Assembly (NCBI GenBank): GCA_045599105.1 | Contig: JAZRVL010000049.1 | Coordinates: 6,507-70,506, forward strand | DNA: 64,000 nucleotides | Source: Kiritimatiellia bacterium | GTDB lineage: Bacteria; Verrucomicrobiota; Kiritimatiellia; RFP12; UBA1067 | Direction of reading: 5' to 3' | Shown: one piece after another, positions 48,329 to 57,307 of the stretch | Numbering within the stretch: position 1 is the stretch's first letter | Layout of the letters: the number at the start of each line of letters is the position of its first letter | Program-made: the position numbers and the translations under genes | The notes under the pieces: generated by a model | The model's database searches: none | What the model saw: the letters and a program-made list of their open reading frames with translations, nothing else | What the model was told of the DNA's origin: nothing

Positions 48329-48889
48329 TTAGTATGTCCTCCGAAGAATTTCGTCAGTAAGTAGATATTCTTCGCCTTTTTTATACAAAATACCGCACTT
48401 TTCAAGCTCAGCAATGACTGGACCCGAGAGGATATTGTTGTTATCATTGAAGAATTTTGTCAATCCATCGCGCTTTTTGGCAAGATTTCCACTTGGTTCA
48501 TTGGCGACGAGGACGGCTTCAAGGAGCTGTGCACGGCGAATACGTCCAGCTTTTTCTGCTTCATCGCGTGCTACACTCACAGCTTCAAGGACATGATCGC
48601 GAGTTTCTCCCTCAAAACGATCAGCAAGTTCAAGATTGCGGTCGATAAGGGAAACTTGGTTGGAAGTGTGAGTCTCAGTATTGGTTGAAAGAACATCACC
48701 GACCTTAGCAAGAGTAGAACGCATCTCTTCAATCCTGGCTTTAAGTGTCCCAACTTCAGACATCAAGCGCGCATTTTCTCTAAAGAGCTCTTTTAGGTGC
48801 TCTTCTTGTTCGACTTTTTCGGCCGCTAGTTCTTCGACGACCGCTTTTTGGACATCAACTTCCTCAGGAATAAATTCAGTTACCTCCAT
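48329..48889 (-). CDS. coiled-coil protein of unknown function
   Basis: The ORF has a Glu/Leu/Lys-rich heptad-like N-terminal half. The start is taken at MEVTEF (ATG 48889), which overlaps the upstream gene by 14 nt. The longest ORF (48952) overlaps it by 77 nt. Confidence 0.55.
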   Translation of the reverse strand: MEVTEFIPEEVDVQKAVVEELAAEKVEQEEHLKELFRENARLMSEVGTLKARIEEMRSTLAKVGDVLSTNTETHTSNQVSLIDRNLELADRFEGETRDHVLEAVSVARDEAEKAGRIRRAQLLEAVLVANEPSGNLAKKRDGLTKFFNDNNNILSGPVIAELEKCGILYKKGEEYLLTDEILRRTY

Positions 48890-50117
48890 TGAGATGCTCT
48901 CCTTTTTTCTCGCAGCCCTCATAGATAAATAGTCGACAATCAATAGGACCATTAAAGAACGGGATGCGATTGCGATAGTAAAGATTGACTAATTTTGAAA
49001 GCTCAGGGTTGCCGGTAATAAGCGCACCAATCCAACCTCCGCACTTTGCATTCATAAACTCACCAATGCGCTCATATATTGGTGCAAGTTCTTTTGGATC
49101 GCCAAGACGAATTCCATACTCGGGATTGAAAAATACCGCACCCTTTTCATCAGGAATTGGCGAGTCGGCAAAGTCACAGGCCTTGAACTCTATATATTGC
49201 GCAACACCAGCAGCAATTGCATTGGTGTGTGCGTTTTCAACTGCTTCAGGCGAAATGTCGGTAGCAATAATACGGGGCAAAGCTTTTGTTTGCTCGCTTT
49301 CACGAGCAGCTAAGACGAGCTCTTTCCAAATTTGCTCAGGTGTTGCCCCTGCACGTTGACGAGGAGCCACTTTGGGCGCACTCTCACCAGGAATAATCCG
49401 ATTAAAATCTTTAATCGACTGAAATGCAAAATGCGCCTTTAAGCTTCCTGGAGCTTTATTCATCGCCATCATTACTGCTTCAATCGCAGGTGTGCCTGAA
49501 CCACACATCGGAGAGAGAAATGGGGTAGTTTTATTCCAGCCCATCGCCATAAGGCACGCAGCTGCTAATGTCTCTTGCATAGGAGCTGAACCTGGAATTT
49601 TGCGATATCCACGCTTGGAAAGTGGTTCTCCAGAAGTATCAAGATAAATTATCGCTTCGTCTTTCTCCCAATAAACAAATATTGCCGCCCCAATATTTTC
49701 GCCACCTGAATCTGGACGTCGCTGACACTTTTCACGCATTCGATCAGCAATTGCATCTTTGGTATAAAGCGAAGGAATTCTTGTATCGCAAATTGTATAA
49801 TTGTGGACAATTGAACTTACCGAAAAATAACCATCCGCGTCCAGTAGATTTTCCCAATCAATTGACTTAACCGACTCGTAGAGATCCCTAATATTTCGAC
49901 AAGTAGTTCTAAGTAGTGGTACTAATACTCGATGAGCACAACGCAAATAAAGGTTGAGTTTCATCACATCGCGCATTGAGCCACGCACTACAACAGTATT
50001 CTCCGTAACTTCAATCGGAGTATACCCAAGCTCGCAAACTTCAATATCTACCCAACGCGAAAGCTCTTTTGCGCAAGAGATAATGATTGGGTAATTCTGG
50101 TCAGTCCAAAGCTTCAC
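48876..50117 (-). CDS. THUMP-domain class I SAM-dependent RNA methyltransferase (RlmL/UPF0020-like)
   Basis: SAM motif SPMCGSGTPAIEA and NPPY-like FFNPEYGIRLG. The start is taken at GTG 50117, which overlaps the dnaN stop as GTGA. The longest ORF begins at 50162. Confidence 0.78.
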   Translation of the reverse strand: MKLWTDQNYPIIISCAKELSRWVDIEVCELGYTPIEVTENTVVVRGSMRDVMKLNLYLRCAHRVLVPLLRTTCRNIRDLYESVKSIDWENLLDADGYFSVSSIVHNYTICDTRIPSLYTKDAIADRMREKCQRRPDSGGENIGAAIFVYWEKDEAIIYLDTSGEPLSKRGYRKIPGSAPMQETLAAACLMAMGWNKTTPFLSPMCGSGTPAIEAVMMAMNKAPGSLKAHFAFQSIKDFNRIIPGESAPKVAPRQRAGATPEQIWKELVLAARESEQTKALPRIIATDISPEAVENAHTNAIAAGVAQYIEFKACDFADSPIPDEKGAVFFNPEYGIRLGDPKELAPIYERIGEFMNAKCGGWIGALITGNPELSKLVNLYYRNRIPFFNGPIDCRLFIYEGCEKKGEHLNGGN

Positions 50118-51208
50118 GAAATGCGAAGCGGCATAAGTACGTAGAGAAATGGATCCGAACACTTAATGACGGCCGGAGAATGACCATTGTTGAGATGAAT
50201 AATAACTTCATCATCATCAATCGCCTTTAACGGATCCATCACAAAAGCAGGATTAAACATAATTTCAATCTTTTCTCCTGCATATTTAATCGGAACTTCA
50301 TCTTTGGCTTCACCAACATCACTCACCGCAGAAGTGACTACGAGTTTACCCTCAGAAAAAATTAACTTAGTTGAATGAGCTTCATCCATTGTCATTACAC
50401 TTGCACGCTCAAGTGCATTCAAAAGAAGTTGACGATCAATTGTAATTGACTGGACAGTTTCTTTTGGAATAACTTGGGTGTAGTTAGGATAAATATCATC
50501 CATGAGTTTAGAATAAATCATTGTAGAACCTAACTTAAAGCAAACTTGTGTCTTTTGAATCATAATTGCTAAGTCTCCATCATCCGTAAGTGAACGCTGA
50601 AGCTCTACAACTGCTTTTGAAGGAAGAATAATATCTTTTTCTGCACTCTTAGGAAATTCAATTTCTTTTTCAATGAGTGCCAAACGACGACCATCAGTAG
50701 CTACCATCGTAAGCTTTTCATCTTTAAATCTAATTAATACTCCTTTAAGAGTACGACGAGTATCATCTTGACTTGCAGCATAAGCTACTTTACGAAGCAT
50801 TTCTTTAAAAATTAATTGAGAAACATTGTAAGCATAAGCTTCATCATCTTTAGGAAGACGAGGAAACTCTGATTCTGGCATGCCGGAAAGTTTAAACTTA
50901 GCACTACCAGCTTTAATGTCGGCTTTTTCTTTAGCATCAACATCAATTTCAACTACCCCTTCTTCAACTTTAGTAATTGAGTTGAAAAGTAATTTTACAG
51001 GAAGAGTAGTAACTCCTTGATCTAAAACTTCACATTCACAAATAGCTTTAATTGAAATATCAAGATCAGTAGTGGTCATTTTAAGTTCTTTACCTTTAGC
51101 TTCTAACATTACATTTTGTAGAATAGGTAAAGATCCTTTTCCAGCTACAATATTTTGAACGCTCTTTAATCCATCAAGAAAGGTAGAACGAGTAATTTTA
51201 AATTTCAT
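50114..51208 (-). CDS. dnaN: DNA polymerase III beta sliding clamp
   Basis: MKFKITRSTFLDGLKSVQNIV, MVATDGRRLA and C-terminal YVLMPLRI; 364 aa. Confidence 0.93.
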   Translation of the reverse strand: MKFKITRSTFLDGLKSVQNIVAGKGSLPILQNVMLEAKGKELKMTTTDLDISIKAICECEVLDQGVTTLPVKLLFNSITKVEEGVVEIDVDAKEKADIKAGSAKFKLSGMPESEFPRLPKDDEAYAYNVSQLIFKEMLRKVAYAASQDDTRRTLKGVLIRFKDEKLTMVATDGRRLALIEKEIEFPKSAEKDIILPSKAVVELQRSLTDDGDLAIMIQKTQVCFKLGSTMIYSKLMDDIYPNYTQVIPKETVQSITIDRQLLLNALERASVMTMDEAHSTKLIFSEGKLVVTSAVSDVGEAKDEVPIKYAGEKIEIMFNPAFVMDPLKAIDDDEVIIHLNNGHSPAVIKCSDPFLYVLMPLRIS

Positions 51209-51434
51209 TATTAAATCCTCTTTTAGGTTGTGTTAATGTAGATTGTATCAAATAATATTATATTTATAAATAGAGAATAATTATTATTATTAGAATTGTT
51301 GATAAATATAGTAAGTAATTTATAACCTTTTATTTATAGGGTTTTATTACAATTTGAAAGTAGATAATTATAATATATTATTTTAATTGATTTAGATAAG
51401 ATAGAAGTTATTATCATTTATTTATACATTATAA
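51209..51434. other. very AT-rich dnaA-dnaN spacer; candidate DNA-unwinding element / oriC segment
   Basis: The 60-nt line at 51241 has 7 G+C. ATTTATA occurs four times (51262, 51318, 51332, 51420). Box-like 9-mers in one orientation: TGTTGATAA 51297-51305, AGTAGATAA 51359-51367 and TTTAGATAA 51391-51399. Confidence 0.5.
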
Positions 51435-52859
51435 TCAATCCATCGAATCAGAAAGTTTATAACCTAAAGAAGCAAGAATATCTTCAACATCAGCTTTTAA
51501 AGTAGAATCAACCGTAATTCTTTGTTGAATGGTATTAACTCCATTTAAGATAGTTGCGTGTTTTTTATCAAAAGCAGTAGATATTTCTTTTAATCCTTTA
51601 GAAGTATATTTACGAGCAATAAACATTGCAACTTGTCTTGGAGTAACTAATGATTGTGTTCTTTCATGAGAAAGAATATCTTTCATTGAAACTCCAAACT
51701 TTTTAGCACAAACTTGTTGAATTTCTTCAATAGTGAGTTTTCTTAATGATTGTTCCTTTTTAATAAAGTCATCTAAAAGGTCATTAAGATTAAATTTATT
51801 TAAAATAATTGTTGGATTAGCTGAAATATAAACTTCAATAGTAGCTAAAGCACCTTCCATCGCTCGAACATGACTTTTAATATTATCAGCAATATATTCA
51901 AGTGCAAAGTCAGGAATCTTAACTTCTGAATCTTCAGATTTCTTTTTAAGAATAGCTAAACGAGTTTCATAGTTAGGAGAGTCAATTTCTTGTAACATAC
52001 CACCTTCAAAGCGAGAAATAAGTCTAGTTTCAATTGATGGAGGTAAGTTTTTAGGAGCCACATCCGACGTCATTACAATTTGTTTTTTCTTATCCTTAAG
52101 TGCATTAAAAGTATTAAAAAACTCTTCTTGGATTTCTTTGCCCTTTTGGAAAAATTGAACGTCGTCTAAAAGTAGAACATCAAGTTTACGATATTTTTCA
52201 CGAAACTTTGGAATATTATTATCCTTCATGTAGTTAACGTATTCATTGAGGTATTCCTCAGCCGTAAGATAACAAATTGCTAGTGAAGGATTAGAACTTT
52301 TGAGTTCGTTACCAATTGCTTGCATGAGATGAGTTTTTCCAAGTCCAGTACCTCCATGGATAAAAAGTGGGTTACAACCACTTTTACCAGGATTCATAAC
52401 CACTGCTTTAGCAGCTGCAATTGCAAAGCTATTAGAAGGTCCACTTACAAACTTCTCAAAAGTATAATCTTCATTGAGTGGCATCGTAGAAACGAAAGTA
52501 CTCACAATAGAGGAATGTAAAGCTACTTCAGAAGTTGCAGGTGAAATAGATGGAACAACTAAAGAAGGTTTAGCATTGGAGTCAAAAAGTACTTCAATGC
52601 GAATTGTTTCTGGTGCACCGGCAAGGAGAAAGCTACCCTTTAGTTTGTTAACATATTCTTTGCGAATTAAATCCGCAGCAAATTCAGTCGAGGTGTAAAT
52701 CGTGAAAAGATTATTTTCTCTAGAGACAGAAGTAATCATTCCAAGATATCTTTCAGCCTGACTTTTTTCCTCTGGACGAGATGCAACTGATGATAAATAA
52801 ATCGTTTTTGCGCTTTCCCAGATCTGCCGAGAGGAAGTGTCTATTGTGTTGTTATTCAT
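51435..52859 (-). CDS. dnaA: chromosomal replication initiator DnaA
   Basis: LFIHGGTGLGKTHLMQAIGN, LLLDDVQFF, RAMEGAL and the C-terminal DNA-binding signature PRQVAMFIARKYT. Confidence 0.95.
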   Translation of the reverse strand: MNNNTIDTSSRQIWESAKTIYLSSVASRPEEKSQAERYLGMITSVSRENNLFTIYTSTEFAADLIRKEYVNKLKGSFLLAGAPETIRIEVLFDSNAKPSLVVPSISPATSEVALHSSIVSTFVSTMPLNEDYTFEKFVSGPSNSFAIAAAKAVVMNPGKSGCNPLFIHGGTGLGKTHLMQAIGNELKSSNPSLAICYLTAEEYLNEYVNYMKDNNIPKFREKYRKLDVLLLDDVQFFQKGKEIQEEFFNTFNALKDKKKQIVMTSDVAPKNLPPSIETRLISRFEGGMLQEIDSPNYETRLAILKKKSEDSEVKIPDFALEYIADNIKSHVRAMEGALATIEVYISANPTIILNKFNLNDLLDDFIKKEQSLRKLTIEEIQQVCAKKFGVSMKDILSHERTQSLVTPRQVAMFIARKYTSKGLKEISTAFDKKHATILNGVNTIQQRITVDSTLKADVEDILASLGYKLSDSMD

Positions 52860-52869
52860 ATGGGCGCGT

Positions 52870-52878
52870 AATATAGCA
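52870..52878 (-). promoter_or_regulatory. extended -10-like element TGCTATATT upstream of dnaA
   Basis: Read on the minus strand. Only 10 nt separate it from the dnaA ATG, and I see no convincing -35 element. Confidence 0.3.
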
Positions 52879-52924
52879 TAAAAAGTTGATGTGGTGTTGA
52901 AAAAGAAATCTACTTATGTAGACA

Positions 52925-52951
52925 ACTTATCTACAAATTGTGTAGATAAGT
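52925..52951. promoter_or_regulatory. perfect 11-bp inverted repeat carrying two convergent DnaA-box-like 9-mers
   Basis: ACTTATCTACA (52925-35), AATTG, TGTAGATAAGT (52941-51). TTATCTACA differs from the E. coli consensus TTATCCACA at one position. The repeat lies between the mnmG stop and the dnaA start. Confidence 0.5.
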
Positions 52952-52958
52952 ATGTAAC

Positions 52959-54701
52959 TCAGATATGTCCTCGTTTGATTATTATCGCTAAAATTGCAAT
53001 ATCTGCTGGATTTACTCCAGATATTCTACTTGCCTGCGATAATGTCTCAGGACGATATTTCTTTAGCTTTTCACGGCTCTCAAATCGAACAGCAGTGCAC
53101 TTATCATAGTCAAGCCACTGTGGGATTTTGATGTTTTCATCAACCTTGGCACGTTCAGCAGCCTTTTTCTCTTGTTCAATATAAGGAGCATAATGACGCA
53201 TAATTTCTAATTCATTGACAAGTGCCATACTCACATCACCAATAGGCAACATACCATTACTTTCAAGGTAGTCGCGCTCACGCCTACGCTGATCAAGGAT
53301 ATTTGGCTCAATAACACCTATCAGTTGAGTTGCTTCTAACAATCGATAGCGTGCGTTATCTTGTCGGAGTAGCAGTCGCCTTTCAGCACGACTCGTAAAC
53401 ATTCGATACGGCTCGTCAGTACCTTTGGTTACTAAGTCGTCAATCATCACTCCAATGTAAGCATCTTGTCGACTTAAAACTAATGGCTCCTTACCTTTTA
53501 TGTAGAAAGCAGCATTTACGCCCGCCATTATCCCTTGGGCAGCAGCTTCTTCATATCCAGTAGTACCGTTGATCTGTCCAGCAAAGAATAGCCCATTTAT
53601 GCGTTTAGATTCAAGCGAATGCTTTAATTCACGTGCATCAATGCCATCGTATTCAATGGCGTAGGCATAGGCCAAAAACTCCGCATTTTCCAATCCAACC
53701 ACCGAATGTACCATTTGCTCCTGTATTGGTTTTGGTAGGCAGCAGCTAAGTCCATTAGGATAAATGACTGTACCAGTAGAATTCTCAGGTTCTAACATTA
53801 CATGATGTTGTTCGGCCGAAAAGCGCACTATTTTATCCTCAATTGAAGGACAATATCTCACCCCAGTACCTGCAATTGCACCACCATATAATGCAGAAGA
53901 TGCCAAATTATCACGAATAATCGAATGAGTTGTAGGATTAGTATGAGTCAACCAGCAAGGAAACTCAGGTAATGTTCCACGTGGAACATTATCCTTTGAA
54001 TGTTCCACGTGGAACAATGGGCGTGGAATCTCTCCATCTTGACGTTGACAAAGAGAAAAGTTGCAGGAACTGGCCTTAATCCGTGGCGGAGTTCCAGTTT
54101 TAAGCCGAATTAGATCAAAACCAAGTCCTTTTAAGCATTCAGAAAGTTTATTTACGGCTGGTCTGCCATCACCACCAGATTCCTCGCATTCCTTACCAAT
54201 CCAGATGCGCCCACGTAAGGCAGTGCCAGAGGTAATTACTGTTGCTTGTGCAGTAAAAATACCACTTTTTTCGGTTTTTATGGTATGTAATCCGTCTTTT
54301 TCGTTGGGATCAACTGAAACAACATCATCCTCAAGTACAGTCAATTTTGTCTGAGAAGCAACTACACGTTGCATTCTTTCAGAGTATTCAATCTTTGCGC
54401 ATTGGCTACGTGTTGCCCATACTGCTGGGCCACGACTACGATTCAGTGTCTTGGACTGTAAGGCGGTCGCGTCGGCATTCTTTCCCATCTCTCCGCCTAA
54501 AGCGTCAAGTTCATATACTAAATGGCTTTTAGCCAATCCGCCAATTGATGGATTACATGGCATTTTGGCGATTGATGATTTCTGAGAGGTAATGAGAAGG
54601 GTGGCTACACCCATTCTTGCAGCTACAAGCGCGGCTTCGCTTCCGGCGTGCCCTCCGCCGATTACCACTAAATCAAAATGAACGCTCTTTGTCATGCGCA
54701 A
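52959..54701 (-). CDS. mnmG: tRNA uridine 5-carboxymethylaminomethyl modification enzyme MnmG (GidA)
   Basis: [31 protein letters not shown] and [19 protein letters not shown]; 580 aa. Confidence 0.93.
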   Translation of the reverse strand: MRMTKSVHFDLVVIGGGHAGSEAALVAARMGVATLLITSQKSSIAKMPCNPSIGGLAKSHLVYELDALGGEMGKNADATALQSKTLNRSRGPAVWATRSQCAKIEYSERMQRVVASQTKLTVLEDDVVSVDPNEKDGLHTIKTEKSGIFTAQATVITSGTALRGRIWIGKECEESGGDGRPAVNKLSECLKGLGFDLIRLKTGTPPRIKASSCNFSLCQRQDGEIPRPLFHVEHSKDNVPRGTLPEFPCWLTHTNPTTHSIIRDNLASSALYGGAIAGTGVRYCPSIEDKIVRFSAEQHHVMLEPENSTGTVIYPNGLSCCLPKPIQEQMVHSVVGLENAEFLAYAYAIEYDGIDARELKHSLESKRINGLFFAGQINGTTGYEEAAAQGIMAGVNAAFYIKGKEPLVLSRQDAYIGVMIDDLVTKGTDEPYRMFTSRAERRLLLRQDNARYRLLEATQLIGVIEPNILDQRRRERDYLESNGMLPIGDVSMALVNELEIMRHYAPYIEQEKKAAERAKVDENIKIPQWLDYDKCTAVRFESREKLKKYRPETLSQASRISGVNPADIAILAIIIKRGHI

Positions 54702-54951
54702 TATTATATCAAATTATTTACGCATTTGTGAACAATTATTTATAAGTAGTTATGCGACTATAATACAACTCAAAAGTCAATAAAACCCAATAAAAACAAG
54801 GTGTTTCACAAGGAAGAGCATTTTGTCAAGATGAAAGTTATCTAATTATATCAACACTTATTTACGAGTTATCAACAAAATGGCGGTAAGTGTAAATAAA
54901 ATGCAATGTGGTTGAATTTATATTATGGAATATGATATAATTGCTATGTAA
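54702..54951. other. divergence point of coding strands; AT-rich spacer with DnaA-box-like 9-mers (second oriC candidate)
   Basis: TTATCTAAT 54838-46, ATATCAACA 54848-56, TTATCAACA 54869-77 and TGTGAACAA 54727-35. All genes to the left are on the minus strand and all genes to the right are on the plus strand. Confidence 0.45.
54912..54941 (+). promoter_or_regulatory. candidate promoter with extended -10 TGATATAAT
   Basis: TTGAAT (54912-17), 18 nt, TATAAT (54936-41) with TG at 54933-34. Ten nt (54942-54951) lie between the -10 hexamer and the ATG at 54952. Confidence 0.4.
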
Positions 54952-55818
54952 ATGAAAGTGGTATTTCTATTTGTTGATGGTGTTGGACTTAAGGATCCAT
55001 CTTCGGATAATCCCATAAATAGTGAGGTTTGTCCAACTTTATGCCGTCTTTTTGAGCATCATGCCAAGCCAATTGATGCGTGTTTAGGAGTTGAAGGTCT
55101 ACCACAATCGGCTACTGGGCAAGCTACGATGTTTACGGGGGTAAATTGTGCGGAAGCAATGGGTAAACATTGTGAGGGATTTCCCAGTCCAGCATTGCGC
55201 ACAATCATAGAGAAGGGGAATATTTTCCTTTCCTTAAGGGAGATGGGCAAGCGAGTTTGTTTCGCTGATGCCTATTTGGTGGATTCGGCAGCTGACCTCG
55301 CACTTCATCGTTTTAAGTCGGTAACGACAGTAATGGCACTAACGGTGCCAGAAACCATTCGCACGGTTGATGATTTGGTAGCGGATAGTGCGCTAATGCA
55401 AGATATAACTTGTGAAACCATTCAAGACCGTTATCCTGATGTGCCGATTATTTCACCTCAACGTGCCGCTGAGAATCTCTTTAAATTAGCGCACGAGTAT
55501 GACTTTACATTATACGAATTTTTCCAAACTGATGTTTCAGGGCATTCTATGGATTACGATCGTGCGTGCGCAGTTCTTAGAGTTTACGATCGCTTTTTGA
55601 CTTCGCTTGTACGTTATATTGAGGCGGCGGGAATTACACTTGTGATAACCGCTGACCATGGCAATATCGAATCGATTTATGATCGTGGTCATACGCGCAA
55701 TCCTGTACCATTTGTGGTCTTTGGTCCCAAGGAAAAGTTTTTACGCGATCGAGTTTCGTCGCTTAAAGATGTAACTCCTGCAATCATCGCCGCATTTGAT
55801 GAGGAACGTGAAATTTAA
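54952..55818 (+). CDS. alkaline-phosphatase-superfamily metalloenzyme (iPGM / phosphopentomutase-like core)
   Basis: FVDGVGL, PQSATGQATMFTG and ITADHGNIE resemble metal-ligand and nucleophile motifs of the cofactor-independent mutase family; 288 aa. Confidence 0.55.
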   Translation: MKVVFLFVDGVGLKDPSSDNPINSEVCPTLCRLFEHHAKPIDACLGVEGLPQSATGQATMFTGVNCAEAMGKHCEGFPSPALRTIIEKGNIFLSLREMGKRVCFADAYLVDSAADLALHRFKSVTTVMALTVPETIRTVDDLVADSALMQDITCETIQDRYPDVPIISPQRAAENLFKLAHEYDFTLYEFFQTDVSGHSMDYDRACAVLRVYDRFLTSLVRYIEAAGITLVITADHGNIESIYDRGHTRNPVPFVVFGPKEKFLRDRVSSLKDVTPAIIAAFDEEREI

Positions 55819-55827
55819 CGACAAATG

Positions 55828-55836
55828 TGATATAAT
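55828..55836 (+). promoter_or_regulatory. extended -10 TGATATAAT upstream of the ROK-like gene
   Basis: Reads TGTGATATAAT. A GAAAGGA Shine-Dalgarno sequence at 55852-58 precedes the ATG at 55868. Confidence 0.4.
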
Positions 55837-55867
55837 AGAACTAACCCTCAAGAAAGGATAATTAACT

Positions 55868-57268
55868 ATGGCATGTTCATGTGGTAAAAAGTGTGCGTGT
55901 GACAAGAGCGAGTTTATCGCTCCAATGCAAGCGCTGTGGAAGGTGTATGATGGTATTGATGCTAAGGCAAATGCGGATATTGTTGCAATTGCGTGGGAGC
56001 GCGAGGATGGAAAAATCTTCCGCTACGATTTGCCAATTCCGAAGCGGCTCAACCCAGAGGCAGTAAAGTTTGTCTCTTATGTAGTTGATCGCATTGCGAA
56101 GTTCATCGTTTGGTCGGCGGGTGGTTGGAAGCTTTATCTCGCAGGTCCTGATGCGGTCGTTAAACCAGTTGCCAAGGCCTATACGAAGAGCGGTGCACGC
56201 AAGTTTGATTTTAACTTCTTCTCGGATCTTTATCGTCGTCCGGTCGAGGCGGTGATTCTTCCACTCAAGAAGATGCCTGAGACAAACGAGAAGATGCAGT
56301 ACGTAAAGACGGTTGCAGATGGCTGCCGTATTGGTTTTGATTTGGGCGCATCAGACTTCAAGATTTCGGCGCTCAATAAAGGCAAGGTTGTGTTCTCCAA
56401 GGAGTTTCCGTGGGATCCGCGCAACAATGCTGACCCTGAATATCACTACTCGAAGCTCACTGCGGGGCTTAAGGAGGCGGCGAAGTCGCTCCCACGCGTG
56501 GATGCGATTGGTGGCTCGACCGCGGGTACGCTCGTTGGTAAGACGATGGGTGTCGCCTCGCTCTTCCGTGCGATTCGTGAGAAGAATCCCAAGAAGTATT
56601 CGATTGCTCAGAATATGTTCCTTCGCGTAGAGAAGGATTGGGGAGTTCCATTCGAGATTTATAACGATGGTGACGTGACTGCGCTTGCAGGTATGATTAC
56701 GATGAACAAGAAGGGTATTCTCGGCGTAGCGATGGGATCATCGGAAGCGGTTGGATACATTACTCCAAAGGGTGCACTTACTGGTCGCATCACTGAGCTT
56801 GCGTTCGCGCCAGTTGATTTCAATCCTTGCGCACCACGTGACGAGTGGTCGGGTGACGCGGGCGTTGGCTCGATGGCGTTCTCGCAGCAGGCGGTAAATT
56901 GGCTTGCTGAGAAGTATGGCTTTAAGTTCCCGAAGTCGATGAAGCTCCCCGAGCGGCTCAAAGTTGTCCAAGCGGCAATGGAGAAGGGTGATGCGAGGGC
57001 GCTTAAGGTTTATATTCAGATTGGCCGCTTCCTTGCGCATGCGATTCCGTGGTACAATGAGTTCTACGACTACGAGAATATGATGATTCTCGGTCGTGTT
57101 ACTTCGGGTCTCGGCGGAGAGGTGATTCTCGAGACTGCCAAGGCGGCACTCAAGGATCTTTATCCTGAATGGGCGGAGAAGATTGACATCTTTATGCCTG
57201 ACGAGAAGGCGCGTCGCCTCGGCCAGTCGGTCGCTGCAGCGCAAATTCCAGTCATCAAAAAGCGCTAA
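55868..57268 (+). CDS. ROK / ASKHA-superfamily sugar-kinase-like protein with a Cys-rich N-terminus
   Basis: RIGFDLGASDFKISA, NDGDVTALAG and GVAMGSSEAVGYI. The N-terminus MACSCGKKCACDK is unusual for this family. Confidence 0.55.
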   Translation: MACSCGKKCACDKSEFIAPMQALWKVYDGIDAKANADIVAIAWEREDGKIFRYDLPIPKRLNPEAVKFVSYVVDRIAKFIVWSAGGWKLYLAGPDAVVKPVAKAYTKSGARKFDFNFFSDLYRRPVEAVILPLKKMPETNEKMQYVKTVADGCRIGFDLGASDFKISALNKGKVVFSKEFPWDPRNNADPEYHYSKLTAGLKEAAKSLPRVDAIGGSTAGTLVGKTMGVASLFRAIREKNPKKYSIAQNMFLRVEKDWGVPFEIYNDGDVTALAGMITMNKKGILGVAMGSSEAVGYITPKGALTGRITELAFAPVDFNPCAPRDEWSGDAGVGSMAFSQQAVNWLAEKYGFKFPKSMKLPERLKVVQAAMEKGDARALKVYIQIGRFLAHAIPWYNEFYDYENMMILGRVTSGLGGEVILETAKAALKDLYPEWAEKIDIFMPDEKARRLGQSVAAAQIPVIKKR

Positions 57269-57307
57269 ATAGCACTTTTTAATTCTTTTGCGGATATTAT
57301 TCCGCGA

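Noticed and set aside
51209-51434. Possible CRISPR array or mobile-element remnant in the AT-rich repeat-containing spacer.
   Set aside because: The repeats are 7-9 nt, irregularly spaced and AT-only. There is no repeat-spacer periodicity of 28-37 nt and no cas or transposase genes. The origin/DUE reading fits better.
52891-53109. 72-aa plus-strand ORF spanning the dnaA-upstream spacer and the mnmG 3' end.
   Set aside because: It overlaps the well-supported mnmG C-terminus antisense and the DnaA-box inverted repeat, and has no coding signature.
56738-57244. 168-aa minus-strand ORF and other antisense ORFs inside the ROK-like gene.
   Set aside because: They are nested antisense in a gene with clear ASKHA motifs, and their translations are Arg/Leu-rich without motifs.
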